In this document: in pieces, positions 27,701-41,699 of the stretch | Layout of the letters: every line of letters begins with the position of its first letter | Numbering within the stretch: the stretch's first letter is position 1 | NCBI GenBank assembly: GCA_951406725.2 | Contig: OX597814.1 | Span: forward strand, 145,204,001-145,268,000 | From: Octopus vulgaris | Lineage: Eukaryota | Direction of reading: 5' to 3' | Length of the DNA stretch: 64,000 nucleotides | Notes under the pieces: generated by a model | The model's database searches: none | The model's input: only the letters and a program-made list of their open reading frames with translations | What the model was told of the DNA's origin: nothing | Translations under genes and position numbers: made by a program

Positions 27701-28105
27701 TGGTAGTGCCTCAAGTTTTGAAGCCAGAGTGGTTTTGATAGCAAATCCCACTCCTGATTTTCTCTTATGGGTCTCCTCTCTACCGCTCCAAAAGAAATGA
27801 TACCCAGCAGATTTCTCTATGAAATTCCCCTTTCCATGAATTCTTGTTTTGGCTAACGCTACAACATCCATATCATATCGCTGTAACTCTTTTGCAACAA
27901 GCGCGGATCTTCTCTGTGGATGAGATTTCAGACAATCATTGTCTAATAACGTTCGAATATTCCAACATCCTATATTTATAGGTTTGCACCTTAACTTGAA
28001 TTTACTCACAGTTGCAGGATGATGACCGGATCCAGGCTGTGGTGCTCTGGGACACCTGCCAGGCCAGGCCACAGAACAAAATGTTCCAGAGCCTTTTTGC
28101 CATTT
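24781..28105 (-). mobile_element. Near full-length decayed RTE (BovB-like) LINE: APE endonuclease, RT and C-terminal C2H2-like fingers
   Basis: INIGCWNIRTLLD, GVGFAIK, LGNFNAHVG, TWKHPGSKRWHLIDYIL, TDHRLL, ESQCGFR, FIDLTKAF, GVKQGDIPAPTLF, YTDD, FIYLGS; multiple stops and frameshifts; 3' end abuts (TA)n. Confidence 0.95.
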
Positions 28106-28350
28106 ACTTCATTATTAATATGAGCTTTCGTTGTTTAGATGTGCCTTTTTAAGCTTCGGCCATACATATATACATACATACACATATATATACACATACA
28201 TAGTATATACATACTTATATATATACACATACATATATATATATATATACATATATATATGCATATATACATATATATATGCATATATACATATATATCT
28301 ACATGCATATACATAAATACATATACATATATACATATATATATATAAAG

Positions 28351-29112
28351 TTAATTAAAAAAATCGATAAAAACCAACAATGTGAGGACGTACCACATGC
28401 AAAGTGGTATTAAGACGCTGAGAGAAGGAAACGAGTCGTTGTTTTACGTTTCGAGCAAACAGGAAAGATAGGAAAGTCCAAAGGAAAAGTAAGGAGTAAA
28501 AATCGCCAATAGTCCATTATGGGATGGAAGCACTCCGTCGGTTACGACGACGAGAGTTCCGGTTGATCCGATCAACGGAACAGCCTGCTCGTGAAATTAA
28601 CGTGTAGGTGGCTGAGCACTCCACAGACACGTGTACCCTTAACGCAGTTCTCGGGGATATTCAGCGTGACACAGAGAGTGACAAGGCCGGCCCTTTGAAA
28701 TACAGGTACAACAGAAACCGGAAGTAAGAGTGAGAGAAAGTTGTGGTGAAAGAGTACAGCAGGGATCACCACCATCCCTGCCGGAGCCTCGTGGAGCTTT
28801 AGGTGTTTTCGCTCAATAAACACTCACAATGCCCGGTCTGGGAATCGAAACTTCGAGCCTACGACCGCTAGTCCGCTGCCCTAACCACTGGGCCATTGCG
28901 CCTCCAGTCCATTATAACTACATATGGACCACTGCGATTTTTTCCCTCCTTGTTCCCTTTGTTTTGGACATTCCTATGTTTCCTGTTTCCGAAGCAGATC
29001 TGTGCTCGAAACGTAAAACAAGAACTCTTTTCCTTCTCTGAGCGTTTTATTGATACTTTGCATGTGCTGCGACCTTACGTTGTCTAGTCTTTTTTCCCGT
29101 TTTTTGAATTAA
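28351..29112. mobile_element. Fold-back element (diverged inverted arms 28351-28510 and about 28925-29112) with decayed hammerhead, interrupted by a SINE
   Basis: Arms share CACATGCAAAGT, ACGCT.AGAGAAGGAAA and TTGTTTTACGTTTCGAGCA in opposite orientation; GTTT-CCGAAGC...GCTC-GAAACGTA/AAAC at 28985-29019. Confidence 0.75.
28521..28905 (-). mobile_element. tRNA-derived SINE, family C, with 10-bp TSD
   Basis: Head GGAGGCGCAATGGCCCAGTGGTTAGGGC...GTTTCGATTCCC; perfect TSD AGTCCATTAT at 28511-28520 and 28906-28915. Confidence 0.9.
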
Positions 29113-29957
29113 TTATTTACTGCACGTTCACACGGACTCCCGTCCTTCCGACAGGTTCGGAGTACCTAATTCGTGAATTTCTTTCTACCATTGAATTACC
29201 TCATCTTATTCATTCGGAATACACCATTTCTGCACCTTTGATTTTATATATGTGTGTGTGTATACTACTGGCTAAAATTCTTGAAAGCGGAGGCCCAGCA
29301 TGGGCACAGTCCAAAGATTGAAACAAACACAAGAATGAACACGCATAAGAATAAACTCAAGCTGCAGCGACACTCACATACGTATTAGAGTACCTTCAGG
29401 TGAGTCATAAATTCAAACAAACCCCAAATAGCTGTGGATTCATATATCTCTAAGATTGTAAAACATTTTTAAAGAAGAGAATTCTTTATGAGATAAAGTG
29501 ATGTGCTGCTCTCACTTAGAATGTCCTTGGTCGTATGTTTGCTGGATCAGCTGAGGAAAAATTAAAGAAATATTGAATTGATATTCTTGGCTACTTTTTT
29601 GTTGATATTCTTTCGTAGTCAATCTTGACTAATGCGACATGTAATCAAAGGCATTCCACTTTTTATTAAATGTAAGTTGTTCTACGTTATCTCATGTATT
29701 TCTTTTCAGTAGACTTCAGTGGTGGTAATTAAAGGAGATCTGAAGCGAGTCAAATGGTCACCGAGAAGTTTCCTCAAGCAGAACTTATTTAATATCGATC
29801 TGAATTAAACTAGGTGACGAATGTGCAAGAAGCAAATAGAAAAACACAAGTTGCAAAACAACTTAAAGTAAGAATATGTGATTTTCACATATACATACTT
29901 CTGACAGAAAACAAATGGATAAGTTGTTAACTTGTCAAAGGCGCGTAAATGTGTGAA

Positions 29958-30008
<51 letters not shown>

Positions 30009-30236
30009 CAAAGAGAGAGAGAGAGAGAGAGAGGGTCAAAGAGAGAGAGAGAGAGAGAAAACAGAATTTGTGGATAAATTTGCGTGAATGCTCACGAAAG
30101 ATCTAGGTCAAAGTTTAAGTTATATTCAAATAATTTCAAGGTAAAATAAAATATATTCTTCACTGCATTACACATCCACACACGTACACACATATGTTTA
30201 TGTTGATGTATTTCAACATGTAACTCCTTCCTCTTA

Positions 30237-30267
<31 letters not shown>

Positions 30268-30922
30268 ATATATATAGTACGGTGGGACACTTATTTATCA
30301 TTCACTACAATTGTTTCAACGCTACGTAATTTTCTAAGCATACAGGCATTTCATTATGCAACTGTTTGTTTGCATACTTCAAGGCCATCTTCTCTGTTTG
30401 TCGTGGTTTGAAATTAGTAGAAGCTGAAGGACCCATAGTGCATTCCTTGGGAGCCTGTTTGTAGGACTGCTATGAATGATTGTAGATGGTACTGGCTGGA
30501 ATTTAAGTGGGATTGGTCTTCTATTTGAAAGTCGTGGATTTTAAAATAACTGAGACAGCAATCGTATATCGGTTGAGGAAACACAACTCGATCTCATTAT
30601 ACAAAAAAACAGATGGATAATCAAAGGCCTGTATCCTTGGAGACCTACGTTGCGTCGAAACAACTGTAGCGAATAATAAACAAATGTTCAACCGTATTTC
30701 TTCTTGACTCCAATGTCTTCAATTTTATATTCATACATAACGAATCCCTAAATTTAAACTTGGAAGTATACAATATTACTATCGTTATTACTGGGTAATT
30801 TTGAAGGTGGCCAAACTCTATACTGTACTCTACCGAGTTCCTAACAGTATACAACATAACTATATATATATAATATAAACAATATATAAATATATGCATA
30901 TATATATACATATATGTACATA

Positions 30923-30968
<46 letters not shown>

Positions 30969-30976
30969 TGTACATA

Positions 30977-31037
<61 letters not shown>

Positions 31038-32512
31038 GCATATATGGGTACAGGACATAAAAAAACGTTGAACACAATGAGAAACGAAAACATAAAAGCA
31101 AGAACATAGAAAATAACTTTTTTTCAAACAACGAAAAAAAAACAGAGTACAGGACATACAACATAAGGAATATTCCCCTTCTTCAGTTGTCCCTGTTTCA
31201 TCTACTCCGCGTTTCGACACATAGATATATACATATATAAAGGAATGCATACAAACCTATTTACACATACATACTCTCAACAACCATCACTTCCTGATAT
31301 ACCAATCCACCGTGTTAAAAAGATTCTGGATAAAGTATTCCTAGATACCATATATCTGCAAAAAGGAACGTTCTGGCCGGATTCTGCTCAAACTTCCGCT
31401 CTATGAGAGATGTGGCGGTGCTTAACAGAACTTACAAATGAGATCACAGGAACGATTTATTGTACGGTTTTAGCATATAAGAGTAATTGTATTCTACTAT
31501 AGACTTGGACTGAAAAACAAAATGGGTGTGAAATTCTGTGGAGAGTTCTGCTGATGATTTTCGGTCGTATAATTAAACAGTTTAAGACAAATATTTGGCC
31601 ATTGGTAGTAATATTGCAAACATTCGGTCCTTGTATTTCTACTCCACTTCGTTTTAGAGACCCTAAAATGGAGCCATCTTTCATTGAGCTGTGTATGTTA
31701 AAACCAAACAGTGTTAGAGCACAAGACACACAGACACACTAAGAGAGTGAAAATAAGCGATGGAGTGTGGGAAGGGCAGCAAAAGGGGGAGATAGATGCA
31801 GTAAAAGAGAGACAGTGTGTGTCTAGAGAGGAACTGAGAGTAGAAAGAGATGTAGGAGAAACAAAGAATTAAACGCCAAACAGACAGGATGACTATAGGA
31901 ACAATATGATCTATAACACTGAAACAAATACATATTATAGTATTGTAGAACATATTCTTTAAGACAAGACAACAGACAACGCAAAACTTAAAACAAAAAC
32001 AGGAAACAAAGCAAATGTTGTAAGAAGAATGGAGATACATAATGACAAATATTGATCAAATAATTTTTTGGTGAGTAACGAGACTAACAAAGCTTGGTAG
32101 TAAAACTAAAGAAATATTTTGTGTGTGTGTGTATGTATATGCGTGTGTATGTGTGTGGGGTATGTGGAAATGTTACACACAAATGAAAAGAGTAAGATAT
32201 TGAAACACGAAGAAAAACGTACAAAAGTGAACATAGAGTTAAAACAGCAAAACTTGTGCCTGAAAAAGCATAGAAGTATAAAGCAATAGATCAACAATAG
32301 AAAAAGTATACACTTAACAGAAATAAAGAAACGGATGAAAATATACTGTACATGCGTACACTTTCTGTGCAATTTCAACCGCCACATTTACAATATATAT
32401 TTTGGGTTTGGGAAAATATGGCACCATTACATGCTGGAGAAAAAAAGATCCTTCTACAAAGGAAGAGTTACGTAAAACACGAAAGAGCAAAGATTTTCAT
32501 AGCAGAAAGAGA

Positions 32513-32513
<1 letters not shown>

Positions 32514-32595
<82 letters not shown>
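32514..32595. repeat. (AAT)n microsatellite
   Basis: Pure AAT run. Confidence 0.95.
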
Positions 32596-32597
<2 letters not shown>

Positions 32598-32862
32598 TGC
32601 GTTTCTTTTTTCGTGTGTAAATGTCTATCTGTCTATCTGTCTATATGTACATAAATAAACACTATAATTTTTGAAAGAATTATTTCTCCTATCTTGTTTG
32701 GATATTTGCTGGCCAAAGAAGTGGTTTCCTTCCAGCTACCCTGCCATAGTAGCCAAGTTATTGTGACATTTTACAGACATACTCCTATTCATTTGGAGTT
32801 ATCCAGCAAAAGTAGCTACCTTATAAGGAGATTGTTTACAAAAATCCACTTGACGCCTGCCC

Positions 32863-33073
32863 GGAGGTGTGGCTTAGTGGTTAAGGTGTTGGACTCATGA
32901 CCGTAAGATTGTGGTTTCGATTCCTGAACTGGGCGACGCGTTGTGTTCTAGAGCAAACACTTCACGTCACGTTGCTCCAGTCTACTACTCTGGCAAAAAC
33001 GAGTACTCCTGCGACGGGCTGGCATCCCGTCCAAGTGGGGAGTTTATACACCATGGGAAACTTATGAGCCGGC
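32863..33073 (+). mobile_element. tRNA-derived SINE, family D
   Basis: TGGCTTAGTGG A-box, GTTTCGATTCC B-box, central CCTGCGACGGGCTGGCATCCCGTCC block resembling V/Meta-type SINE domains. Confidence 0.65.
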
Positions 33074-33075
33074 AT

Positions 33076-33400
33076 CAGGGCCGGATTAAGACCCATTGAG
33101 TTCCTAAGCACTTGAAAGATTGTGCGGCAATATAATTCAAAATATAAAGAACAACAAACCATAAAATAAAATATTTAATGTTTCAAAATGGAACGAAACA
33201 GTGAGAGGGAGAATGTTTAATTTTGCATACTTCCACTTTATTTATATTTGATAAGTTTCCTTGTGCATTTTTGAATTGCGAAGTATTTGATCAGATCCTC
33301 AAAATTAATCTTAGGTAACACACTGGCAGCTATACTTAGTAGAGATAAAGGCATCCCGAAAATTAATTTTAGCAAGTTTAAATTGCTTTCTTTTGTGCTG
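33076..33400 (-). mobile_element. hAT transposon 3' remnant
   Basis: Terminus CAGGGCCGGATTAAG; minus strand encodes LSLLSIAASVLPKINFEDLIKYFAIQKCTRKL, like the hAT C-terminal dimerisation region. Confidence 0.7.
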
Positions 33401-33799
33401 TAAAACATTTACCATTTCTGTGGTGCTCTTCTTTCCTTTGATGCCCTAAGCTTAATGGTTAATCCAGCGCTGGTCGGCATGGCACGAAAAGCTAACTGTA
33501 CCTTCACCTTTACCTGCTTATTCCTTTCCTCTGTTGGTGAATTGTAAAATAACTCTGTTGATTGTGGCAAGAGGAATTCTAAGGCTTCGTGCAATCTAAT
33601 TACACCCTCAAACTGACCCACAACATACCCTCTTGGAAAATGAGAAAAATTCTTTTGTGTCAGATGTTCGCATTATGGCTGATCCCTATAAAATATTAAT
33701 ATAGTGTAGGCTGAAATGAAAAGTTATACATTAACAAGTATGAAACACAAGATAGTGACAACACAGTTAAATAAGTATGAGGAGTATCTATTTACTATC

Positions 33800-33940
33800 G
33801 AGATAAGATTGCTCCCAACCACATAGTTCCGGGTTCAGTCTCACTGCGTGGCACCTTGGGCAGATGTCTTCCATTATAGCCTCGGCTCAATCAAAGCCTT
33901 GTGAGTGGATTTGGTAGACGAAAACTGGAAGAAGCCCATC

Positions 33941-33972
<32 letters not shown>

Positions 33973-34170
33973 CTGTACTTCTCCCCCCACCATCGCTTTT
34001 CAACCGATGCTGGTGTGTTTATGTCGTCGTATCTAGCGGTTCACCAAAAGAAACCGATAAAATAAGTACTAGGCTTATAAAGAATAAGACATGCGGTCGA
34101 TTTCTTCTACTAACACCCTTTAAGGCAGTACTCCGGCATGGCCGCAGTCAAATGACTGAAACAAATAAAA

Positions 34171-34173
<3 letters not shown>
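33800..34173 (+). mobile_element. SINE family A, 5'-clipped
   Basis: CCGGGTTCAGTC..ACTGCGTGGCACCTTGGGC to GACTGAAACAAATAAAAGAA. Confidence 0.85.
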
Positions 34174-34216
<43 letters not shown>

Positions 34217-35606
34217 CACTGAAACATTCTACCAGTATTCTTTTGTATTTGTGGCTTATGTATCCATGTATGTATATGTTTAGATTTGTATGTTTTGTTT
34301 TATTTATTTATTCTCATGCATATAGTTGCATATCTAGACATGTATATATGTATACATTATGTATATATATATATATGTATATGAATTTATGCGCATAAAC
34401 ATATGTATTTAATCATATATATGCTTCCATATGTGTGTGTGTTTGTATATATGCATACACATACATCAATAAGTAACTACGTTTTTGTAAATGTATATGT
34501 GTGTATGCGTGTATTAATATATATACACGTACACACAAATATCTATATACATATACGTACACCTATGCAACTGAATGCCTCATCAGACATACATATTCTT
34601 TCATAGACAATGAGATAACAAAAGAAAATTTCGAATATTTAAGGAAAAACGACTAAGTAAAAAAAACAACAAAACAATGAAATATTTGGTATAGATTCCT
34701 GAAAACAAAACAAATAGCTGGGTGGGGTAGGGCAGTTTGCAATGAAATTATTTTAGAAGTAGAATTTGAAGTAGAGAAAAGAACGACTATTAATGAAGCT
34801 GTAGAAATGCAGAAAAAATAGATGAAATATTGTTGCGTAAACTATGTTGAATTTTGCTTTTGTTTTCGCATAATGTCTCTTATCGTTAGGTTTGTCAGAG
34901 ATTCGAGGTTTTAACAATTCTCTTGCTAAACGACGAACAGAGCAGAAAATATAAACAATAAAAAGAAAGAATTATTTATATATCTATAAATAAAATTGGG
35001 TTAAAGAACAGAAAACCATAAAGATGGTAATAAATTTTATTGGAAGAAATGTTTTCTGTGAACATTTTAATACTTTTGTCTTTGTGATTGAAAAAATATT
35101 GGAAAAATAGAAAAAAATAAAAAATCAAGCGCTGACAATTTTGCATTGAAAATGCTGAGAAGTCTAACAAGAAAATAGGTAAGTTTCTAAAAGCAAAAAC
35201 ATATACAAAACACACCAAAATATGAAAACCTCAGAAATTTTCTTTGATACAAGAATAAGGATTTATTAAAGAAGGCTGTTGTTATTAATCGAAACTTGGA
35301 TTTCAAGTTTATTCATATTGTTAGAAGTTAGAAAATGACGAGTTTAAAAAACAAAACAAAAAGAAGCAGAATCTTTCAGATGAAAGCTAGATTTGATACT
35401 TTGCATTATCAGCACGTCTGCATCCAAATATTTAGCAACCTCTGGATTCGCTTGTGTCAAGTTATTGCCTGAAAACGTTTGCAAGATTCTTAAGGTATTT
35501 AATAGCTTATCTCTCATTTTGTGTTTAATTCTACCTTGCAATCTATGATTACATTCAAGCTAAAATGTTGCCACAAAATTATTGGAGTAGAGCACACTAA
35601 GCCACC

Positions 35607-35922
35607 GGATCTTTACCATTTGACCTACAGACGCACGAAAGATGTCATAAATAACAGTGACAAACGAAAAATACACCGCCGATAGTTGTTGTTAACAAAC
35701 AACGGCAGTAATTTTATTCAGCTGAATACACGTCATTGATTGGCTGAAATTACCGAAATACGAGAACTTTAACGTGAAATATCTTCGTAAATATAAGTTT
35801 TTCTCAAAAATGCTAAGAGTAAAATATGTTTTATATGGCACATTTTACCAGTGTCCGAAGGTTGAAAGTGTTTAGTTACAAAAAATTATTTTTTATATCT
35901 GTAGGTCAAAAGGTAAAGATCC
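35607..35922. mobile_element. MITE with 25-bp TIRs (internally deleted copy)
   Basis: GGATCTTTACCATTTGACCTACAGA / TCTGTAGGTCAAAAGGTAAAGATCC; flanks AAGCCACC / AAGGCCACC; homologous to 39712-40236. Confidence 0.85.
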
Positions 35923-36860
35923 AAGGCCACCTTTATATGTCCTTGTGTTTCTAATAAATTTAATATTTTTTCTAATTATTGTACAAGGCCAGCAATTTTA
36001 GGAGAAGGGCTTAGTCAATTAAATCGACACTTATACTTGAATTAGTACTTATTTTATCGACTCAGAAATAATGAACAGCAAAGTTGACGGCGACGGGAAA
36101 TTGAACCCACCGATTCCACCAACTTCCCCAGCGTTTTCTTTCTGTTACATTTAAGTACTATAATTTCAGAGTGTTGTGAAATAAACAAACGTGTGCGTAT
36201 TCTGCGTTAAATGGAGAAACGCTATCGAGTGAAAATTGTGTATATAATAATTATAAGCTTGAAGCTCAAGCATTCATTATGTATTGGCTATAGAAAATTG
36301 TCTAAAAATGGAACATATGATGGATAATTTACTGTAAACGGTTAGCACACTTACCGCGAATACAAAAGGCGTGTGTTCAATTCCCACGAGTACTAATACC
36401 CTGCACATGTTTTTTTTTCTTTTCAAAAATTATATTGAAGGCACAATTCGAATAAATCATTATCATTAATGCATTTGTATATTTTCTTAGTCATTCTTTA
36501 TATTAAGTTGCTACTACACTGGATGATAGTGGACTGTTTTATTGCTACATTTGCGTACTAAACTGAGACGGCGCTAAAGATGCTGTTTTAACTGATAAAA
36601 CCATTGCGCCGAGATTTTAAAAAGATTTACTTTTAACTCCTATTCATTCTAATTTGCCTATAGCAGTTTCTACTTTATTGCTGAGATGAATTTGTGTGTT
36701 CAATTTTTGTGTTTTGCTATTAGTTATAATCTAGTTTTTTCTCCGTTGATTGTTATAGTGAAAATTGGTACCCTCCTTCCCACATGACAAGTGGTATGAC
36801 TTGGCCACTACAAAGTCAGGCAGTCAACCGTTGTAGCAAGTCGGCTAGTAATACTAGAGT

Positions 36861-38621
36861 CTGGAGTTTCTTTTGTATGTTTATCGGAAAGATGAAGAAA
36901 ACGCCAGCGGGCAGTCACTGTTATGCGGCCACAACTAGAAAAGGATCAGAAGAGGAAACGTTGGAAATAATTGAAATTAGGGTGGAACCAGGGAAGATGA
37001 AGGAATGTGAGAAGTTACTGGAGAAAGAGGGAGATACGTTGAAGTTGACCCCACCTGCAGGACTGACAAGAAGTGTAACAAAACGAACAGTTTTATTTAA
37101 AAGAATGAAAATAGCAACGAGAAAGATAGAGATTGCGACAGTGGAGGAAACTGAAAAGGTTTTGAAAAGCATAACATAGCTAACGTCATATATAACAAGA
37201 AGGAAGTACGCCACCGTGGAGGTGCGCTTTGCGACGGAGGAAGAGGCAATTAAGCACGCAATGGAGGAACAAATCGGTGGAGTGGATAATTTTGCCGTCG
37301 TACTGTGGCAAGCGAGTGGCCAGAGTGCGAGTAGACAAAGTATCCACAGAACTAGAAGAAACATGACTGCTGCCAGCCATAGTGTTCAACATGAAAGGTG
37401 GGGCCAAGATACTGAACGCCACAAGGACAAACAGAATCAACTAACGGGGATACGGGATCGAGCTCACTATCCAGTCAACAATAGAAGACTTAAACCGGAT
37501 TGGTGAGGAGATAGTGCTGCCCGACGACTTGAGATTGAGAGTGGTAGTAGAGGGCAGGCTGCCTGTATGTTTTACATGTGGAGAGAAAGGCCACATGAAG
37601 GCGAGGTGCCCACAGAGAGAACAGATGGAGAAGCAGGAGAGTATGGAACAGGTAGTACAGGTGGAGATGGAAGAAAAAACAACGGAGGAGGTGGTGGAAA
37701 GAAAAAGGAGAAGTGGAAGAGTGAGTCCACCGCCAGGTAACCAGAAAAAGAAGAAAGAAGAGGTGGAAATGAATGATGCGCCCAGAAAGAAGGAAGTCAA
37801 AATAGTGGTGGAGAAAAAAGTGAAAAAGTAATTGGAAAAGTGTGCGAGAATGATTTACAGAAGGAGGAAGCAGTGTTGAAGACGAGGAAACAGTGTTGAA
37901 GACGCCGGTTAATTCAGCGAAGGAGAAAGATTCAGGAGTGCAACTGTACGAGGATGAAATGGAGAAATTGTTCAGAGTATCACAGAGTGGAGATAGAAAA
38001 GGAAGAGATACCAAAAATAGAAGTAATAGAAAAGAGAAAAACCAAGAAGAGGAAAAAAATAAATGGGACATCGTAATATATGAAAAAACAAAGAGGTAGA
38101 AAGGAAAATTGTAAAATTCAAGCATATCATAAGAGTGAAGTAACCCACGGATATATATTCAGAAAATATAAAGGCCTTTGTGATCGACAATGACACATAC
38201 AATAGACTAGTAGACATGTGCAGAAGCAAGATTGACCCGCCCTGAGTGTTGGTGAAGTTCGACGAACCGCCACCCGTAGTCGAACTCAGAGACGTGGAGC
38301 CTTTTATGAGGTATTGAAATAAAAAAAAAGAGTAAATAAAATTGTTTTGTTGAAAGAAAAAGAAAAAAAAGTAAAAAGTAAAAGTCTTTCAATTGAAAAA
38401 ACAGCAAAAAAAAAGATGATTAAGAAAAAACAATAGAAAAAATAGAACAATTGTAAATAGTGTGTATAAACGTTCAAATGGTCCATGCAGCCATTTCATT
38501 TCATTTTTATATAACATTTCATTCTCATTCGTTTTATAGCCTCATTGTGGTTCCGTGTCTGTCCTTGTAGTGCCCTTCGCTGTGTTGTGGCCGTGGTGCC
38601 AAATAAAGAAATCAGTAGTAG
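36861..38621 (+). mobile_element. Decayed LINE-ORF1-like (CCHC zinc knuckle) retroelement lacking ORF2
   Basis: LKLTPPAG...KIEIATVEETEKVLK...KYATVEVRFATEEEA then VVVEGRLPVCFTCGEKGHMKARCP and K/E-rich tail; AATAAA at 38602 followed by (AGT)n; homologous to ORF1 at 42549-43427. Confidence 0.75.
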
Positions 38622-39711
38622 TAGAGTTGTACGAGTTCTCAGATGGAGTCACTTTCAATTATTTTATATATCCGAGTTCGAGTCATCACAAAAGATAGAC
38701 ACTTCAAACTCATTGTCGTGCGGAGCTATCAGCGATAACACGTTAGACGAGTCAATGATAAAATGATACATACACCGAATGGTAGTGATATGAAGTAATA
38801 TTTACTGTGTAGTACATTTCGGCGAGTAGGCGCCGAGTATTTTTGTCCGTTGTTATAGTATGGGCCATAATCTTTGACATTCATGTTTCACATTAAACTT
38901 TGTTTATTACATTATCTTAAGTACATTCTCTGGGCGTTCAATTTTATGTTTTCCTGTTCATAAGAAGAATTCTAATGAGAACAAAATATAAGAATGATCT
39001 TTAGCTCTGATCAGTTGCTTATCTTGAAGATAGTCCCTCATAAATATATTACCATACCCCAGCCTGTATCTTACTTGCAGGAAAATATGCTACCTTATCC
39101 TACGTTCTATCTTACTTGAATGTCAATATGATCTAACCTATTTAGTTGTTCTGTTTGGCATTTCGTTCTGTATAAACTACGTGATATGAATTAGAGATTG
39201 TGATTTTTTCCCCCTCAGAAACCTGGTCCTTACACTTTAAACAATATGCGGTAAATTTACCTTGCAACATGTCATTATCAAGAGCAAACGGTTCGTGTCA
39301 AGTGTATACAACGAAACATTTCCTTAATCAAACAAAATAGTTGAGCGGCTTATAATACATTATCAAGCTAAACGGAAGATATTGTAGTTTTGAAGTAAAC
39401 ATATATGATGGATAAAAAGTTGACAAGAGCTATTAGGTTGAAATATATTCGCAGCGAATGGAACTACAGAATGTATAAGACACACTGCTGTTCAAAAGAT
39501 CTCGTGATAGTGGTGTTATGAGGATTGTTTGCTATTTCCTTCATCGTGTCTATTCTCGTAGTAACTAGCAGCGAAAACTAAAGAAGCCTTATCCTTTAAC
39601 CTATAGAGAAGCAGTTCTAAAGGATACATCACTCAGTAGTTCTTACACTCTGTCATACCATATACCACGGAATAAACATTGTAATTAAAAATTATCAGTT
39701 AGACTCGAATG

Positions 39712-40236
39712 GGATCTTTAGCTTTTGACCCACAGATTTAAACAATAATTTTTTGTAACTGAATAAAATTACTGCCGTTGTTTGTCAACAACAACTATCG
39801 GAGGTGTATTTTTCGTTTGTCACTGTTATTTATGACATCGTTCGTACGTTTGTACTGGTTTTAGCTTTAAGGTTTTAAGGTTAGGGTGTTAGGGTTAGGG
39901 TTTTAGGGATAGGGTTTTAGGGTTAGCGTTAGGGTTAGGGTTTTAGGATTAGGGTTGTCATAAATAACAGTGACAAACGAAAAATATACCCCCGGAAGTT
40001 CTTGTTGACAAACAACAGCAGTAATTTTATTCAGCTGAATACACGTCATTAACTGGTTGAAATTACCGAAACAGGACTGCTTTAACGTGAAATTACTCCG
40101 TAAATATAAGTTTTTCTCAAAAATGCTAAACATAAAAGACGTTTTATATGACACATTCTATCAGTGTCCGAAGTTTGAAAGTGTTTTGCTACAAAAAAAT
40201 AATATTTTAAATCTGTTGGTCAAAAGGTAAAGATCC
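39712..40236. mobile_element. MITE with 8-bp TSD, internal inverted repeats and telomere-like core (Merlin-like ends)
   Basis: GGATCTTTA..TTTTGACC / GGTCAAAAGGTAAAGATCC; perfect TSD CTCGAATG at 39704-39711 and 40237-40244; degenerate TTAGGG array at 39857-39957. Confidence 0.88.
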
Positions 40237-40702
40237 CTCGAATGTTGTGGAGATTTCATCCTTTTAAGCAGTCCTGCGACGAGTAAAATTTACAAAACCC
40301 AATGCTGAACATCAATCGCATCGATTTCATCTGAGAAAGATTTCAAAGCAATTATCACTTGAGGGGAAAATATGAACAATGTGCCGTGTGTAAAAAGCTA
40401 AACGGAAATGTTTGAAACATATAATTTCAATATCGGATATTTTAACTGCTCAGAACAAAAAGGGAAATGGCCATGGTCTTCATAGACCAAGGAGTAGCAG
40501 TTCTGTTTCTTTCGGTAGACTTCCGTAGAAAAAACTAGGACTGGGATTATGCTCCAGGAAACTGAGGGTCTGTTTAGGAAGAGTAGGGACACGTATGTGT
40601 GTTATGTAAGACAAAATACGGATGGCATGAAGAAGATAGACAGGCGTATGTGGGTGAGTGATGCAGCTAGCTATTTCAGAGAAACACATGGTGTTGTAGT
40701 AT

Positions 40703-40704
<2 letters not shown>

Positions 40705-40763
<59 letters not shown>
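40705..40763. repeat. (AG)n microsatellite
   Basis: Pure AG run. Confidence 0.95.
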
Positions 40764-40766
<3 letters not shown>

Positions 40767-41392
40767 TGACTGTGTGCGAGTTAATGGACAAATCAGTAAA
40801 ATGACTTTCGAAGATATAGCCCAACTCTCGGAATATGAAGCTGCAATTGTGACAGTAGCAGTATAATTGAGCCTCTCACGCAAGCAGTACTGCAATATGG
40901 GTCGTACCTAAATGTTGTAGAAGGTCGAGCTTAGATATACGGGTAGTGTTTAATTGCTCTTAAAAGGTAGTCGTTAGGATGCAATTTAGACACCCCAGAG
41001 ATACTACGATATAGCATTTCTGGCGACTTTGACGACATTTGTAGTGTGTTGAGTTTATAAATCCTCTCTCCCGATATATTCTATAAAATATTTTCATGAA
41101 ATTGGCATTAATGATTTCATCGCATTTTTATATTAAATTATAAAAGAAATTGAAATCCAAAATTGTTGTTCAGTAACTGAACATCTTTTTGCAATATGAG
41201 TTAATCGACAGCCTCTCGATACTTTTAATATGTTATGATGGAAAAATCATTTCATTTAAAGGTTAATTGTCCGTGTTAGAAAAGTATATAAAATATATTT
41301 TTTAAAAATAATAGAATATAATATATTCTATTATCGTTCAGTTAAGTTTATCTAAAATTTCATCAAATTTAAAAAATAATTACCTATTATTG

Positions 41393-41603
41393 TGGTTTCA
41401 ATTTAGGCACAAAGTCAGCATTTTGGGGAGGGGGAAAGTCAATTACATAGACCCCCCTCCACTCTATTGGCACTAATTTAATTGACCCCAACTGAAGAAA
41501 GACAAAGTCGACCTTGGCGGAATTTGAACTCTGAGCGTTAAGACGGACAAAATACCGCAAAGTATATTGTCCGGCGTGTTAACGACTCTGCCAGCTCGCT
41601 ACC
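41393..41603 (-). mobile_element. SINE family B with imperfect 14-bp TSD
   Basis: Matches 1261-1472; flanks ATAATTACCTATTA (41376) and ATAATTATCTATTA (41606). Confidence 0.85.
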
Positions 41604-41699
41604 TTATAATTATCTATTACATTTTCAGTTGGCTACCATTTAAAATTGAGTTAGATTCAATAATAAGCAGGACGATACTAATTGCTGCCAGATATATAG

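Noticed and set aside
28830-28905. tRNA gene-like sequence
   Set aside because: It is the head of a TSD-flanked SINE; no proper acceptor stem.
39857-39957. Chromosome end or fusion scar
   Set aside because: Short, degenerate, single orientation and enclosed in a TIR/TSD-bounded element.
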